A stretch of DNA of 64,000 nucleotides from Octopus vulgaris (Eukaryota): the NCBI GenBank assembly GCA_951406725.2, contig OX597822.1, forward strand, positions 62,744,001 to 62,808,000, written 5' to 3'. How positions within the stretch are numbered: position 1 is the stretch's first letter; each line of letters begins with the position of its first letter. The position numbers and the translations under genes were made by a program. This document shows positions 1 to 11,235 of the stretch, piece after piece. The notes beneath the pieces are model-generated. The model did not search any database. It was given only the letters and a program-made list of their open reading frames with translations, and had not been told where the DNA came from.

Positions 1-9
1 ATATATATA

Positions 10-53
<44 letters not shown>

Positions 54-59
54 CATATA

Positions 60-112
<53 letters not shown>

Positions 113-114
<2 letters not shown>

Positions 115-255
115 GGGTTCATAAGTATCCTGTTTGTTACCATAGAATCGAGGCCTAGCACGCAGAGTAAAACTGCTTGACACAGATTGACAAGCATGTG
201 CACTAAGTTTTAACGTTCTAGTTCAGTTCCCCTATTTACAGTAGTAATTCGAATT
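113..255 (+). mobile_element. Left-end fragment of a mariner-like element (same family as 36618-37435); duplicated at ~6531-6700
   Basis: Follows (TA)n. Shares GCACGCAGAGTAAA and CACTAAGTTTTAACGTTCTAG with the ends of the mariner element at 36618-37435. Confidence 0.6.
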
Positions 256-325
256 GGGCTTTTGTGATTGTGTGTGTGTTTGTGTGTCTGTGTGTGTGCA
301 AGAATACACATATAAGAAAATATAC

Positions 326-690
326 AGGTATGCCTGTGTGGTAATGAAGCTTGTTTTCCCACAACATGATTTTGGCTAAGTGTCTCCTACTATATCTTCG
401 GGCGGACTGAACCCTTGTGAGTGGATTTGGTTAATGGAAACTTGAAAGCGCTTCGTATGTATAGATCCCTGTGTGTGTCTTTGTGTCCGTGTTTCTCCTC
501 CACTTGCACTTAACTGGTGCTGGTGTGTTTAAATCTCGGTAACTTAGTGTTTCTACATAAGTAACCAATAAAATAAGTACTGGATTTTAAAAAGTAATTC
601 GTATGTCGATTTGTTCGACTTAAACGCTTCAAGGCGGTGCCCCGGTACGTCCACAGTCAAATGAATGAAATAAAAGATAAAAGATATATA
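326..690 (+). mobile_element. SINE family A, degraded copy; duplicated at ~6765-7120
   Basis: Aligns by eye to the full copy at 61271-61670: GTGTGGTAA head, AAGTGTCT, TAAGTACT, GTCGATTTGTTCGACT, and a GATAAAA tail. Confidence 0.75.
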
Positions 691-730
691 TGAGAAGAGC
701 GGAAAAAAAACATCGATCGATCAATAGATA

Positions 731-1211
731 TGTAGCAATATTGTTTTCTTCATTGCTATCTTCACCGTTTGAGAGAAATATTAAGAATGATCTCGTTTGA
801 GATTACAAACATCTTTGGCTAGTTTAACGTTGTTGTGTCCTCTATTTTGATTGGTTAGCATCTAAGCGCGGTCTGTCTCTACTTATTTCGCGCCAGTGTA
901 TAAACTGACCAATCACGGCTTTCGGATAGGACTTTCCATTTGAACTGTCTTTTGGCTTAAAACCTTTTAAGGTCTTAGTCGGAGACCACACAGAGTATAC
1001 TTAACCATGTTCCAGTTTCGAAAGGCAGACGACAACCAAACACGTGTTGCATGCAGACACTTGCTAGTACTCACAACCTTCTAACCTTAACACCATTGTA
1101 AATAAAATATTACCTATCTCTCAAAGAGTGGAACGGCTCGTCGTCAATTCACTTATATTCTATTGGCACTGCATTCTATAAATTGTATTATTGTTTATCT
1201 TATTCCTTACA
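731..1211 (+). repeat. 5' LTR of a Ty3/Gypsy retrotransposon
   Basis: Starts TGTAG exactly where this copy departs from the empty paralogous site (~7163) and ends TTACA just before a PBS. Contains TATAAA (~898), CCAAT motifs and AATAAA (~1101). Confidence 0.8.
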
Positions 1212-1212
1212 C

Positions 1213-1222
1213 AGGTGACCCC
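1213..1222 (+). promoter_or_regulatory. Primer-binding site, copy 1 (tRNA-Trp type, one mismatch)
   Basis: AGGTGACCCC directly after the LTR. TGGTGACCCC is complementary to the 3' end of tRNA-Trp. Confidence 0.75.
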
Positions 1223-1230
1223 CCCTTCCT

Positions 1231-1845
1231 TTGATATAACGTATATCTACAGTAAACTGTGAAATAAAATCAAAGTGTCTAATTTCTCTAGGAGAATATT
1301 TCTCCGAAGAATTTTTTAATGCATATGTTAATGGTTTATGGTCAGTGAATAAAGTAAATGACCTACCTTCAATTTTTCTGGAGATAATCTTCTCGGCTTA
1401 GAAAAACTCGGTGGTCCTTGTGTGGTGATGTGATGTTCTACCGAATGTGCACACGTGGTATTTAGAGCTAACTGTTTTGTGATTTTTGGATAATTTTTCA
1501 AAATCCTGTGATACCTATTTTTTGAGGACGCTATGAAATATAGCGGACTAATTGTTGCTCTCCTGCATCTCATTCCCTGAATCTTTAAGGAGGTTTGTGT
1601 GTCTATTATTTTTTGTTTGTTCACATCTACCATTAAATGATAGTGCGCCAAAAATCCGCTCCTAATATTGGATATGGTAAATCCGCTACTATGAAGATCC
1701 ATTTGTACTCTCTTCGTAAATTTATATCGAGCGTCAAGCCAAAACCTCCAAATGTTTGGATTTCAGACTGGTTCACCGCTTGAAGTGTCATATACACAGG
1801 TTTGGTTTTCTGTTTTAAGAGCCTTACAGGACATATCAAACACGC
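1231..1845 (-). pseudogene. Inverted duplicate of the Gypsy protease / RT-deletion junction / RNase H segment (2962-3570)
   Basis: Minus ORFs 1633..1857 and 1328..1702 nearly match the plus ORF 2734..3480 (YPILGADF, RRLSPEKLKV). Confidence 0.92.
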
Positions 1846-1866
1846 AGCCATTACCATTACCTACAC

Positions 1867-1876
1867 TGGTGACCCC
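1867..1876 (+). promoter_or_regulatory. Primer-binding site, copy 2 (tRNA-Trp), preceded by a short LTR 3' end (CTACA)
   Basis: Sequence CCTACA-C-TGGTGACCCC upstream of gag. Confidence 0.8.
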
Positions 1877-2021
1877 TCAAATACGCAGCCATTCATATAT
1901 ACTATGCAGCCAATAATAAGCATAAGTACGGAATTATTGACACAGAAGAAGCTGAAGAAGGAACCTTTTTTTTCTTTTTTTTTAAAAAGAAACAAAAACA
2001 AAATATATATTCACAAAAATA

Positions 2022-2810
2022 TTGGAGCAGGAAAAAAAAACACCCGAGACATCGTACTTCGACAGAAGTCACACACAAGCTTCTGTCAATGTACTGAATT
2101 GTCACCCGTGGACTGGAGACACACTAATTTGGTTGGCGCAACTAGAGGCAAGCTTTAAAGCCAACAGAATAACAAATGAGGAGCAGAAGTACAACATCAT
2201 GCTTAGTAATTTGCCTCCACCTCTAAGCAATGAAATCATAGATCTTTTACTGAACCCTATGGAGCCAGTTTTGTATTCTTCGATTAAAGAAGAAATATTG
2301 AAGCGTACGTCAAGTTCGAAGCAAAAAGAATTCGCAAAATTATTTAACAACGAAGAGCTGGGTAGTAGAAAGCCACACAGTTTCTACGAAGGATGAACGA
2401 ACTGCTGGGGATCAGCAAATAGAGGAATCATACCTCAAAGAGGTATTTTTCAATAAACCGCCGTACAAAACCCAAACTTTGCTCTCGGCCGTAAAAAAAC
2501 AGAATTCAATTCAGCAGTTGGCGGATCTCGCAGACGGTATTTTGGAGTTATCGTCTAGAGAAACTATTAGTGCGATTCCATCTATTTCAAGTGAAATACA
2601 AGAGTTTAAAAAATGTTACGAGAAACAATTCGACGTATTAACGAAGAAAATAGAGAGCTTACAACTTGAGAGAAACGGCCGCTCCGATCACCAAAATTAT
2701 ACAAGATAGCGCAGGAGATCAAAGAGCCCTAGCTTGAAAAGAAACACCATATGTTGGTATCACGCTAAATTCGGAGAAATTCTTTCAAATGCATCAAACC
2801 CTGTGCGTTT
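2022..2810 (+). pseudogene. gag: Gypsy gag (CsRn1-like clade), frameshifted
   Basis: WLAQLEASF...ITNEEQKY...LGSRKP capsid-like motifs. CWYHAKFG begins the CHCC-type knuckle typical of CsRn1-like gag. Several stops and frameshifts. Confidence 0.85.
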
Positions 2811-2859
2811 GATTTCCTTGCTAAAAGAAAAAGGGAAATTCGGAAAACTTCTAAACCAT

Positions 2860-4506
2860 AGATTGGAGGCGACGAAGTCTGTGGATAACATTATAAAAAG
2901 TCGCGTGTTTTTCATCTACGACCTGAACTCGAAAGAAAGATTTCTCGTGGATACAGGAGCAGCGTGTTCAATATGGCCTGTAAGGCTCTTAAAACAGAAA
3001 ACCAAACCTGTGTATATGATGCTTCAAGCGGTGAACCAGTCTGAAATCCAAACATTTGGAGAGATTAGCTTGACGCTCGATATAAATTTACGAAGAGAGT
3101 ACAAATGGATCTTCATAGTAGCGGATTTACCATATCCAATATTAGGAGCGGATTTTTTGGCGCACTATCATTTAACGGTAGATGTGAACAAACATAAATT
3201 AATAGACATACAAACCACCTTAAAGATTCAGGGAATGAGATGCAGGAGAGCAACAATTAGTCCGCTATATTTCATAGCGTCCTCAAAAAATAGGTATCAC
3301 AGGATTTTGAAAAATTATCCAAAAATCACAAAACAGTTAGCTCTAAATACCACGTGTGCACATTCGGTAGAACATCACATCACCACACAAGGACCACCGA
3401 GTTTTTCTAAGCCGAGAAGATTATCTCCAGAAAAATTGAAGGTAGGTCATTTACTTTATTCACTGACCATAAACCATTAACATATGCATTAAAAAATTCT
3501 TCGGAGAAATATTCTCCTAGAGAAATTAGATTTTATTTCACAGTTTACTGTAGATATACGTTATATCAAGGGGGTCGAAAATTCAGCAGCGGATGTACTT
3601 TCTAGAATGAATGTAGATGCATTAAACTCATTAAACACTATAAATTTGGAAGAAATGTCTAAGGATCAAGTTACGGATAAAGAATTTTCTTTATATAAAA
3701 ATTCCGATTCAACTGCTTTAAAATTTAAAATGTTGCCGATACATTGGTGTAATTCACATATTTGCTGTGATATTTCTACAGGTTTTTCGAGACCATTTGT
3801 GCCTGAAAAGCATAAGAAAAATGTTTTTTCTAGCCTACATAATTTATCTCATCCAGGTATAGAAGCTTCGTTAAAGTTATTATCAAGTCATTGTTTGGCC
3901 TGGCATGAATAAAGATATTCGTTCATGGGAAAATTCATGTATGCAATGTCAGAAATCTAAAGTGCAGCGGCACATCAAAGCACCATTAGGTACATTTGCA
4001 AATCCTGATGCGAGATTCCAACACATCCACATCGATATAGTGGGACCCTTACCTCCATGCGAGGATAATATGTATTTGTTGACGTGGGTCGATCGCTTTT
4101 CGAGATGTCCCGAGGCTTATCCGATTAAAGACGCATCTGCAGTAACTATAGCAAAAACTTTGTTTACCAATTGGATGTCTAAATTTGGCATTCCGAATAC
4201 ACTGACAACAGATCGTGTTAGACAATTTGAGTCTAGCTTGTTCGCAGAATTCAATAAATTGTTGGGGGATTAATATAATTCGTATAACTTCATATCACCC
4301 ACAGTCTAATAGAATGGTAGAAAGATTCCATAGACAGTTGAAAGCTTCATTAAGAACTTATTCCAATTCTAACGATTGCCTGGAGGCTTTGCCAGTGGTA
4401 TTGTTGGGAATTAGAAGTGCGGTTAAAGAAACTATACAGTATTCTCCGGCTGAACTTTTGTACGGAACAACATTAACTTTACCTACTCAAATGTTCGAAG
4501 AAAACA
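2860..4506 (+). pseudogene. pol: Gypsy pol: aspartic protease, RT deleted, RNase H C-terminus, truncated integrase
   Basis: Protease FLVDTGA and ILGADFL. RNase H FTLFTDHKPL...NSAADVLSR. Integrase HNLSHPG/CMQCQKSK zinc finger, HIDIVGPLP, VDRFSR and YHPQSNRMVERFHRQLK. No YxDD region. Confidence 0.92.
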
Positions 4507-5327
4507 ATACATACATATTTACTTGGTACCATCATATGGAGTGATGTAGTGGGATTACACACCCAGACACACTCACGAACAGGCGTGTTAATGTATATAA
4601 AAACAGCAAACTATAACCAGGGAACGTTCGATATGAAGCCAGATGCTACCACAATCATTGTCGTAGCCAAGACAACTGAAATTTTTAATAATTTCAGGAA
4701 TGATATTAAAAGGAACAAAGAGAAAACGTAAAACTGACAGTAAAATATTCACCATTAAAATTCATATCCTTATTGAATGGTTATCTGTTTAGCCTATTCC
4801 GAATTAACAAATATACGAGATGTAAAATTTAGGTCACTATGACAAAATTAATAATATAACAAAAGCAGCGAAGTTATTTTCATAGCAACAACTGTCCATA
4901 TCGAACGCGATCGCATTGTACAATTATTTTCTGTTATTGCTTCGGATAGACAAATATTTTGTGGATGGGTCTGTGCATTTGATAGACAAAGACTTTGATA
5001 AAGCCATTCGTTGCTTACCTATATAGATAGGCATACCTACAAAAGTGTGATTCCTATGGGAGTTTATTTCTTTGTAACTTTCAGAAAAATTAATTCTTTT
5101 TATTAAATGTTCGTACAAATATTTTAATTCTTTTGTTTCAGTCATTTCACTGCGGCGATTCTGGAGGACTGCCTTGAAGTGTTTTTGTCAAAGAATTCGA
5201 TTCGCGACTTATCTTTTAAACTTAGTACTTATTCTATCGGTCACATTGCCGAATCGATAAGTTATGGGGGCATAGCCAGATCAACACCCTTTGTCAAGCA
5301 ATAATGAGTGGACAAAGATACATACAC

Positions 5328-5405
<78 letters not shown>

Positions 5406-5601
5406 AGGCGCAATGGCCCAGTTGATAGGGCAACGGACTCGCGGTCTTAGGATCGCGGTTTCGATTCCGAGACCGATCGTTGTGAGAGTTTATTGAGCGA
5501 AAACACCTAAAGATCCACGAGACTCTAGCAGGTGGTAGTGTGGATCCTTGCAATACTCTTTCGCTACAACTTTATCGCAGTCCTTCTTCTGTTGGCCTGC
5601 T
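4507..5601 (+). repeat. Right part of tandem-duplication copy 1 (paralog ~7164-8040 plus ~8850-9125)
   Basis: ORFs 4549..4731 vs 7217..7399 and 4924..5145 vs 7586..7807 are near-identical, and the DNA is collinear. Confidence 0.92.
5127..5330 (-). mobile_element. SINE family A, 3' half; duplicated at ~7790-7990
   Basis: TTGTTTCAGTCATT and TAGTACTTATTCTATCGGT motifs, as in 30188-30573. Confidence 0.75.
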
Positions 5602-5745
5602 CGCTGAATATCCCCGAGAACTACGTTAAGGGTGCACGTATTTGTGGAATGCTCAGCCACTTACACGTTAATTTCACGGGCAGGCTGTTCCGTTGATTCG
5701 GATCAACCGGAACCCTCATCGTCGTAACCGACGGAGTGCTTCCCC
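5404..5745 (+). mobile_element. SINE family C (tRNA-derived head); paralog at 8945-9186
   Basis: GGAGGCGCAATGGCCCAGTTGATAG A-box-like and GGTTTCGATTCC B-box-like motifs. Head similar to 17536, 23225(-) and 52370(-). Confidence 0.8.
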
Positions 5746-5959
5746 TATTGCTATTTAGAATAACACCTACGCACATTTTATAAACAAAACATTCAAAAAA
5801 AATGTTTCAGGAATTCTACAATTACTACTACCCTCCAAAGCAGGTCATTTTCTCTTCCTCCCCTTCTTCTTCATCTTCTCCTCCTCTCCTTTTTCTCCTT
5901 CTCCTCTTCCTCCCCCTTCTTCTTCATCTTCTCCTCCCTATCAAGAATTCACAACGATC

Positions 5960-6174
5960 TCAAACCCACAAGAGTAAACGAGAAAGACAGACGCAGGCAG
6001 AAACAAGGAAAATGCCACTTGTATTTGAACACTATGCAAATATTCATTTAAAAATCTTTTCTTTTAATTTTTCCAAAATTTAATTGTTTTCCGTACTTAG
6101 AGTTGAAAGAGTCTCATTGTCTGAAACCGGTAATGAAATGGTTTTTATAAAATTATTTTAGCATTTTCTATCTT

Positions 6175-6180
<6 letters not shown>
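5960..6180 (+). mobile_element. Possible decayed 3' end of a Penelope-like element
   Basis: Translation RQTQAETRKMPLVFEH...KIFSF loosely resembles PLE GIY-YIG C-termini. Degenerate hammerhead-like TTGAAAGA-GTC..GTCT-GAAA-CCGG-TA at 6103-6132. Ends at (TA)n. Confidence 0.35.
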
Positions 6181-6235
<55 letters not shown>

Positions 6236-6530
6236 CGTGTGTTCCTTTCCAACCTTCTACATATACATATTTATATACATATACATATATATACATACAT
6301 ATACATATATATGCATATATATATATATATACATATACATACATATATATATACATATATATATATACATATACGATATACATATATAGACATAGATATA
6401 TAAATATATACACATGTGTGTGTGTATATATATATATATGTATATATACATACATATGCCTATATATATATATTTATAATTATATATATATATACGTACA
6501 TATTCCTATATACGTATATATATATATATA
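6180..6530. repeat. (TA)n/(TACA)n microsatellite
   Basis: Directly visible. Confidence 0.95.
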
Positions 6531-7989
6531 CGGGTTCTAATTCATAAGTATCCTGTTTGTTACCATAGAATCAAGGCCTAGCACGCAGAGTAAAGCTGCT
6601 TGACACAGATTAACCTTGATCTCTTCCGTGCATGCGCACTAAGTTTTAACGTTCTAGTTCAGTTCCCCTATTTACAGTAGTACTTCGAATTAACATGTGC
6701 TGTTGGGCTTTTGTGAGTGTGTGTGTGTGCAAGAATATACATATAAGAAAATATACAGGTATGGCTGTGTGGTAATGAAGCTTGTTTTCCCACAACATGG
6801 TTTTGGCTAAGTGTCTCCTACTATATCCTCGAGCGGACTGAACCCTTGTGAGTGGATTTGGTTAATGGAAACTTGAAAGCGCTTCGTATGTATAGATCCC
6901 TGTGTGTGTGTCTTTGTGTCCGTGTTTCTCCTCCACTTGCACTTAACTGGTGCTGGTGTGTTTAAGTCTCGGTAACTCACTGTTTCTACAAAAGTGACCA
7001 ATAAAATAAGTACTGGATTTTAAAAAAGTAATTCGTATGTCGATTTGTTCGACTTAAACGCTTCAAGGCGGTGCCCCGGTACGCCCACAGTCAAATGAAT
7101 GAAATAAAAGATAAAAGATATATATGAGAAGAGCGAAACAAGAAAGATCGATCGATCAATAGATACATACATACATACATACACATTTACTTGATACCAT
7201 CTTATGGAGTGATGTAGTGGGATTACACACCCAGACACACTCACGAACGGGCGTGTTAATGTATATAAAAACAGCAAACTATAACCAGGGAACGTTCGAT
7301 ATGAAGCCAGATGCTACCACAATCATTGTCGTAGCCAGGGCAACTGAACTTTTTAATAATTTCAGGAACGATATTAAAAGGAACAAAGAGAAAACGTAAA
7401 ACTGACAGTAAAAATTCACCATTAGAATTAATATCCTTATTGAATGATTATTAGCCTATTCTGAATTAACAAATATACGAGATGTAAAATTTAGGTCACT
7501 ATGACAAAATTAATAATATAACAAAAGCAGCGAAGTTATTTTCATAACAACAACTGTCCATATCGAACGCGATCGCATTGTACAATTATTTTCTTTTATT
7601 GCTTCGGATAGACAAATATTTTGTGGGTGGGTCTGTGCATTTGATAGACAAAGACTTTGATAAAGCCATTCGTTGCTTACCTATATAGATAGGCATACCT
7701 ATAAAAGTGTGATTCCTATGGGAGTTTGTTTCTTTGTAACTTTCAGAAAAATTAATTCTTTTTATTAAATGTTCGTACAAATATTTTAATTCTTTTGTTT
7801 CAGTCATTTCACTGCGGCGATTATTGAGTACTGCCTTGAAGTGTTTTTGTCAAAGAATTCGATTCGCGACTTATCTTTTAAACTTAGTACTTATTCTATC
7901 GGTCACGTTGCCGTATCGATAAGTTATGGGGACGTAACCAGATCAACACCATTTGTCAAACAATAATGGGTGGACAAAGATACATACAC

Positions 7990-8056
<67 letters not shown>

Positions 8057-8150
8057 TTAGAGACAAAACCACTATTTTGCAAATCAAACAAAGAAAGACT
8101 TAATCCAATACATAAAAAAATTTAATATAAATTAAATTAAATTAAATTCG

Positions 8151-8196
8151 CCACTACAATTGTTTCGTGTCTCTTCAAAGGACATTCATCAGGTGA
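8151..8196 (-). ncRNA. Minimal type I hammerhead ribozyme (GUA cleavage triplet)
   Basis: Minus strand reads TCAC-CTGATGA-A-TGTC(ctttgaaga)GACA-C-GAAA-CAATTG-TA-GTGG: conserved core, stem II, palindromic stem III and stem I. Confidence 0.8.
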
Positions 8197-8618
8197 ATTT
8201 CAGATCTTCTATTCAATTTTAAGTTATGAAGTGAATTTAAAAGTCTAACTGTTACAGCTTTTACAAAATTACGTTACCATAGAAATAGAACATATTTTTA
8301 ATAAATTCTTTGCGCGTGATGAACGAACGTTATTTTAAAGATTATGAATGGAATAGAATGGAATATGTTAATCAACATAAATAGACTGAATTTACTACAA
8401 AATTCATTAATAAAACAATCATGATAAACGAAACCCATACATACATATATAATGATAAAACCTCCCTTTACCATACACAATAACAAACCTATATAGCAAT
8501 CCCCCTAATCTATACATTCACACACAAATACACACACATATAACACACATATAACACACACCCACAAACATATACATATACCCACTCATAACTTAAAATT
8601 GAATAGAAGATCTGAAAT

Positions 8619-8664
8619 CCACCTGATGAATGTCCTTTGAAGAGACACGAAACAATTGTTGTGG
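8619..8664 (+). ncRNA. Minimal type I hammerhead ribozyme (GUU triplet)
   Basis: CCAC-CTGATGA-A-TGTC(ctttgaaga)GACA-C-GAAA-CAATTG-TT-GTGG. CCAC/GTGG form stem I. Confidence 0.78.
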
Positions 8665-8847
8665 CGAATTTAATTTTATTTAATTTATATTAATTTTTTT
8701 TATGTATTGGATTAAGTCTTTCTTTGTTTGATTTGCAAAATAGTGGTTTTGTCTCTAATTAATATTATATAATATTTTACTATAAAATTGGATTCAATCC
8801 TAAATCTGATTTTTCCCTGTAAATTTCGATTTATTCCCTAATATTAT

Positions 8848-8946
<99 letters not shown>

Positions 8947-9184
8947 AGGCGCAATGGCCCAGTTGATAGGGCAGCGGACTCGCGGTCTTAGGATCGCGGT
9001 TTCGAGTGTTTATTGAGCGAAGACACCTAAAGATCCACGAGACTCTAGCAGGTGGTAGTGTGGATCCTTGCAATGCTCTTTCGCCACAACTTTATCGCAG
9101 TCCTTCTTCTGTTGGCCTGCTCACTTAGCCAGCCCAGCGGGGTGGCGTCATCTGAAGGCTATAACAATGCGAAGCGCATTGTGA

Positions 9185-9234
<50 letters not shown>

Positions 9235-9385
9235 CGATCTTCTTTCAGTTTCCGTCTACCAAATCCACTCAGAAAGCTTCAGTTGACCCGAGGCTATAGA
9301 AGACACTTGGCCAAGGTGCCACCCAGTGAGACTGAACCCGAAATGTTGTGATTGGAAAGCATGCATCTTATCACACAGCCATGCC
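9235..9385 (-). mobile_element. SINE family A, 5' half
   Basis: CTTTCAGTTTCCGTCTACCAAATCCACTC...GACACTTGGCCAAGGTGCC...CACACAGCC. Confidence 0.75.
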
Positions 9386-9698
9386 ATCGGAATTTGTTTT
9401 AATTTTCCTTTTTTTTTTTTTTTTGGAAAAGGGGCAGGTTATACTTTTTCTTTTTTGTTTTTCTTTTTTTAAATTCCAAGTTTTATAGTGCCCTCCAATT
9501 CTTTTACACTAAATTCCGATCTAATCGTAATCTACATCATTTGAAAAGTAATTGTAGGAAATTTCATCAAAATTATTTGATATATTAAAGTTATGAGGAA
9601 ACAAAATCGGCAAGGTACAAATGTGTAAGTATGCCGATCGATAGATAGATATATAGATTATATATATATAGGGATCTAATGGCCTTCTGAGGTTCTAC

Positions 9699-9761
<63 letters not shown>

Positions 9762-10445
9762 CATAGAATTACATACATACATGTGTATGTGAACAAAGAC
9801 GAGCGCGCGCACACACACAGATGGGTGCTCAAGCAAACAAAAAATACTCGATACATTGTAGAGGATAAATATGTATAAATATAAAACGAGCTGATTATAC
9901 GTGTGTGTGTATATGTGTATGTGTGAGTGAGTGTGGTTGTACAGACGTGTTTGATATAAAACTGCTGCTTCAGAAACCTCTGCCTGTATGTCAAAAGGAA
10001 AAATATATGAAACAACAGATAAAATATGGATTGATAGAATATGTACCAGATTACAACGAATACTGGGGTCGATATAATCGATTAAAATGTTTGATCGACC
10101 CAAAATCAACTCAAATCAGTAAAAGAAGAAAAATAGTGAATAAAATTCAAATATAAAATACATTACGTTTATTTATTTATTCTGCGCTATTGGAAACAGA
10201 TTCACGTGTTTATCTGAGGTAACGCCAGGACTCCTTTCCACACAGGGCGTAGCATTCTGTCGCCATTTGTATTATTTATTAAATGGTTCTATTCAAGCCA
10301 GCATAGGAATTTCTATGTCGCTGTTACCTGCCGTTACTCTGTGACCTCGTCACACTCTCTTACCTTGCAAGGCCGTGACATGTTTTTCTCATTAAAAAAA
10401 AAAAATCTAATGAATGAATGAATACGTGATATATGCTATATGTAC

Positions 10446-10597
10446 AGGGGGTGGTTATCAAGTTAAGAAACTCGCTTTCCAACACTGTGGTTTCGGGTTA
10501 AGTTCCTCTACGCAGCAAATTGGACAAGTGTCGTCTACAATAACTTTGAGTTGACCAGTGCCTTGCAGGTGAATCAGGAAACTGTGCGGAATCCCAT

Positions 10598-10667
<70 letters not shown>

Positions 10668-10825
10668 TAAGACACAAGGATATTTTCCTACTTCCCTTAA
10701 CATGAAACCAATGGTACCCTTAATTCACAAATAAAGAAATTAAATCCACGTATGAGGTGTTTGCCACTCATTTCCATCGTTCGACATTTACACAGACACA
10801 CTATTACATAATCATTTCGATTCAG

Positions 10826-10915
<90 letters not shown>

Positions 10916-10919
10916 CTGA

Positions 10920-10962
<43 letters not shown>

Positions 10963-11235
10963 TGAATCGAAATGATATATATATATATATATGCATATAT
11001 ATATATACACACAGACACACACACACGATGATATGTATGCTTCCGTAAGTGTCTTCGTATCTTTATCCGTCTACACCGCTTGTCAATTGGTGTTTTACTT
11101 TTACATCCCTATAAATTAACGCATCTGTACAATAAGTACCAGACTTTAAAAATAAATTACGAGGGTCGATTTGCTTAACTGAACCATTGAAGACGGTGCC
11201 TCAGCATGGTCGCCGTCCAGTGGTTGAAACAAGGG
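10446..11235 (+). mobile_element. Degraded SINE family A pieces separated by expanded TA tracts
   Basis: 5' part GGACAAGTGTC at ~10520. 3' part AATAAGTACCAG...GGTCGATTTG...CAGCATGG at ~11130-11230. Confidence 0.55.

Larger units (their letters stand above)
8046..8850. mobile_element. Non-coding inverted-repeat element in (TA)n, Penelope-like terminal-repeat or retrozyme-like
   Basis: Arms of ~184 bp at 8046-8229 and 8586-8769 are reverse complements, followed by an unpaired tail at 8770-8850. Absent from the paralogous TA tract at ~5335-5360. Confidence 0.8.
6531..9125 (+). repeat. Tandem-duplication copy 2 (lacks the Gypsy element, contains the hammerhead element)
   Basis: Collinear with 113-730 plus 4507-5601. 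Confidence 0.92.

Noticed and set aside
4500-4530. 3' LTR or TSD of the Gypsy element
   Set aside because: The integrase runs directly into host flank; no second LTR or polypurine tract is visible, so a TSD cannot be read.
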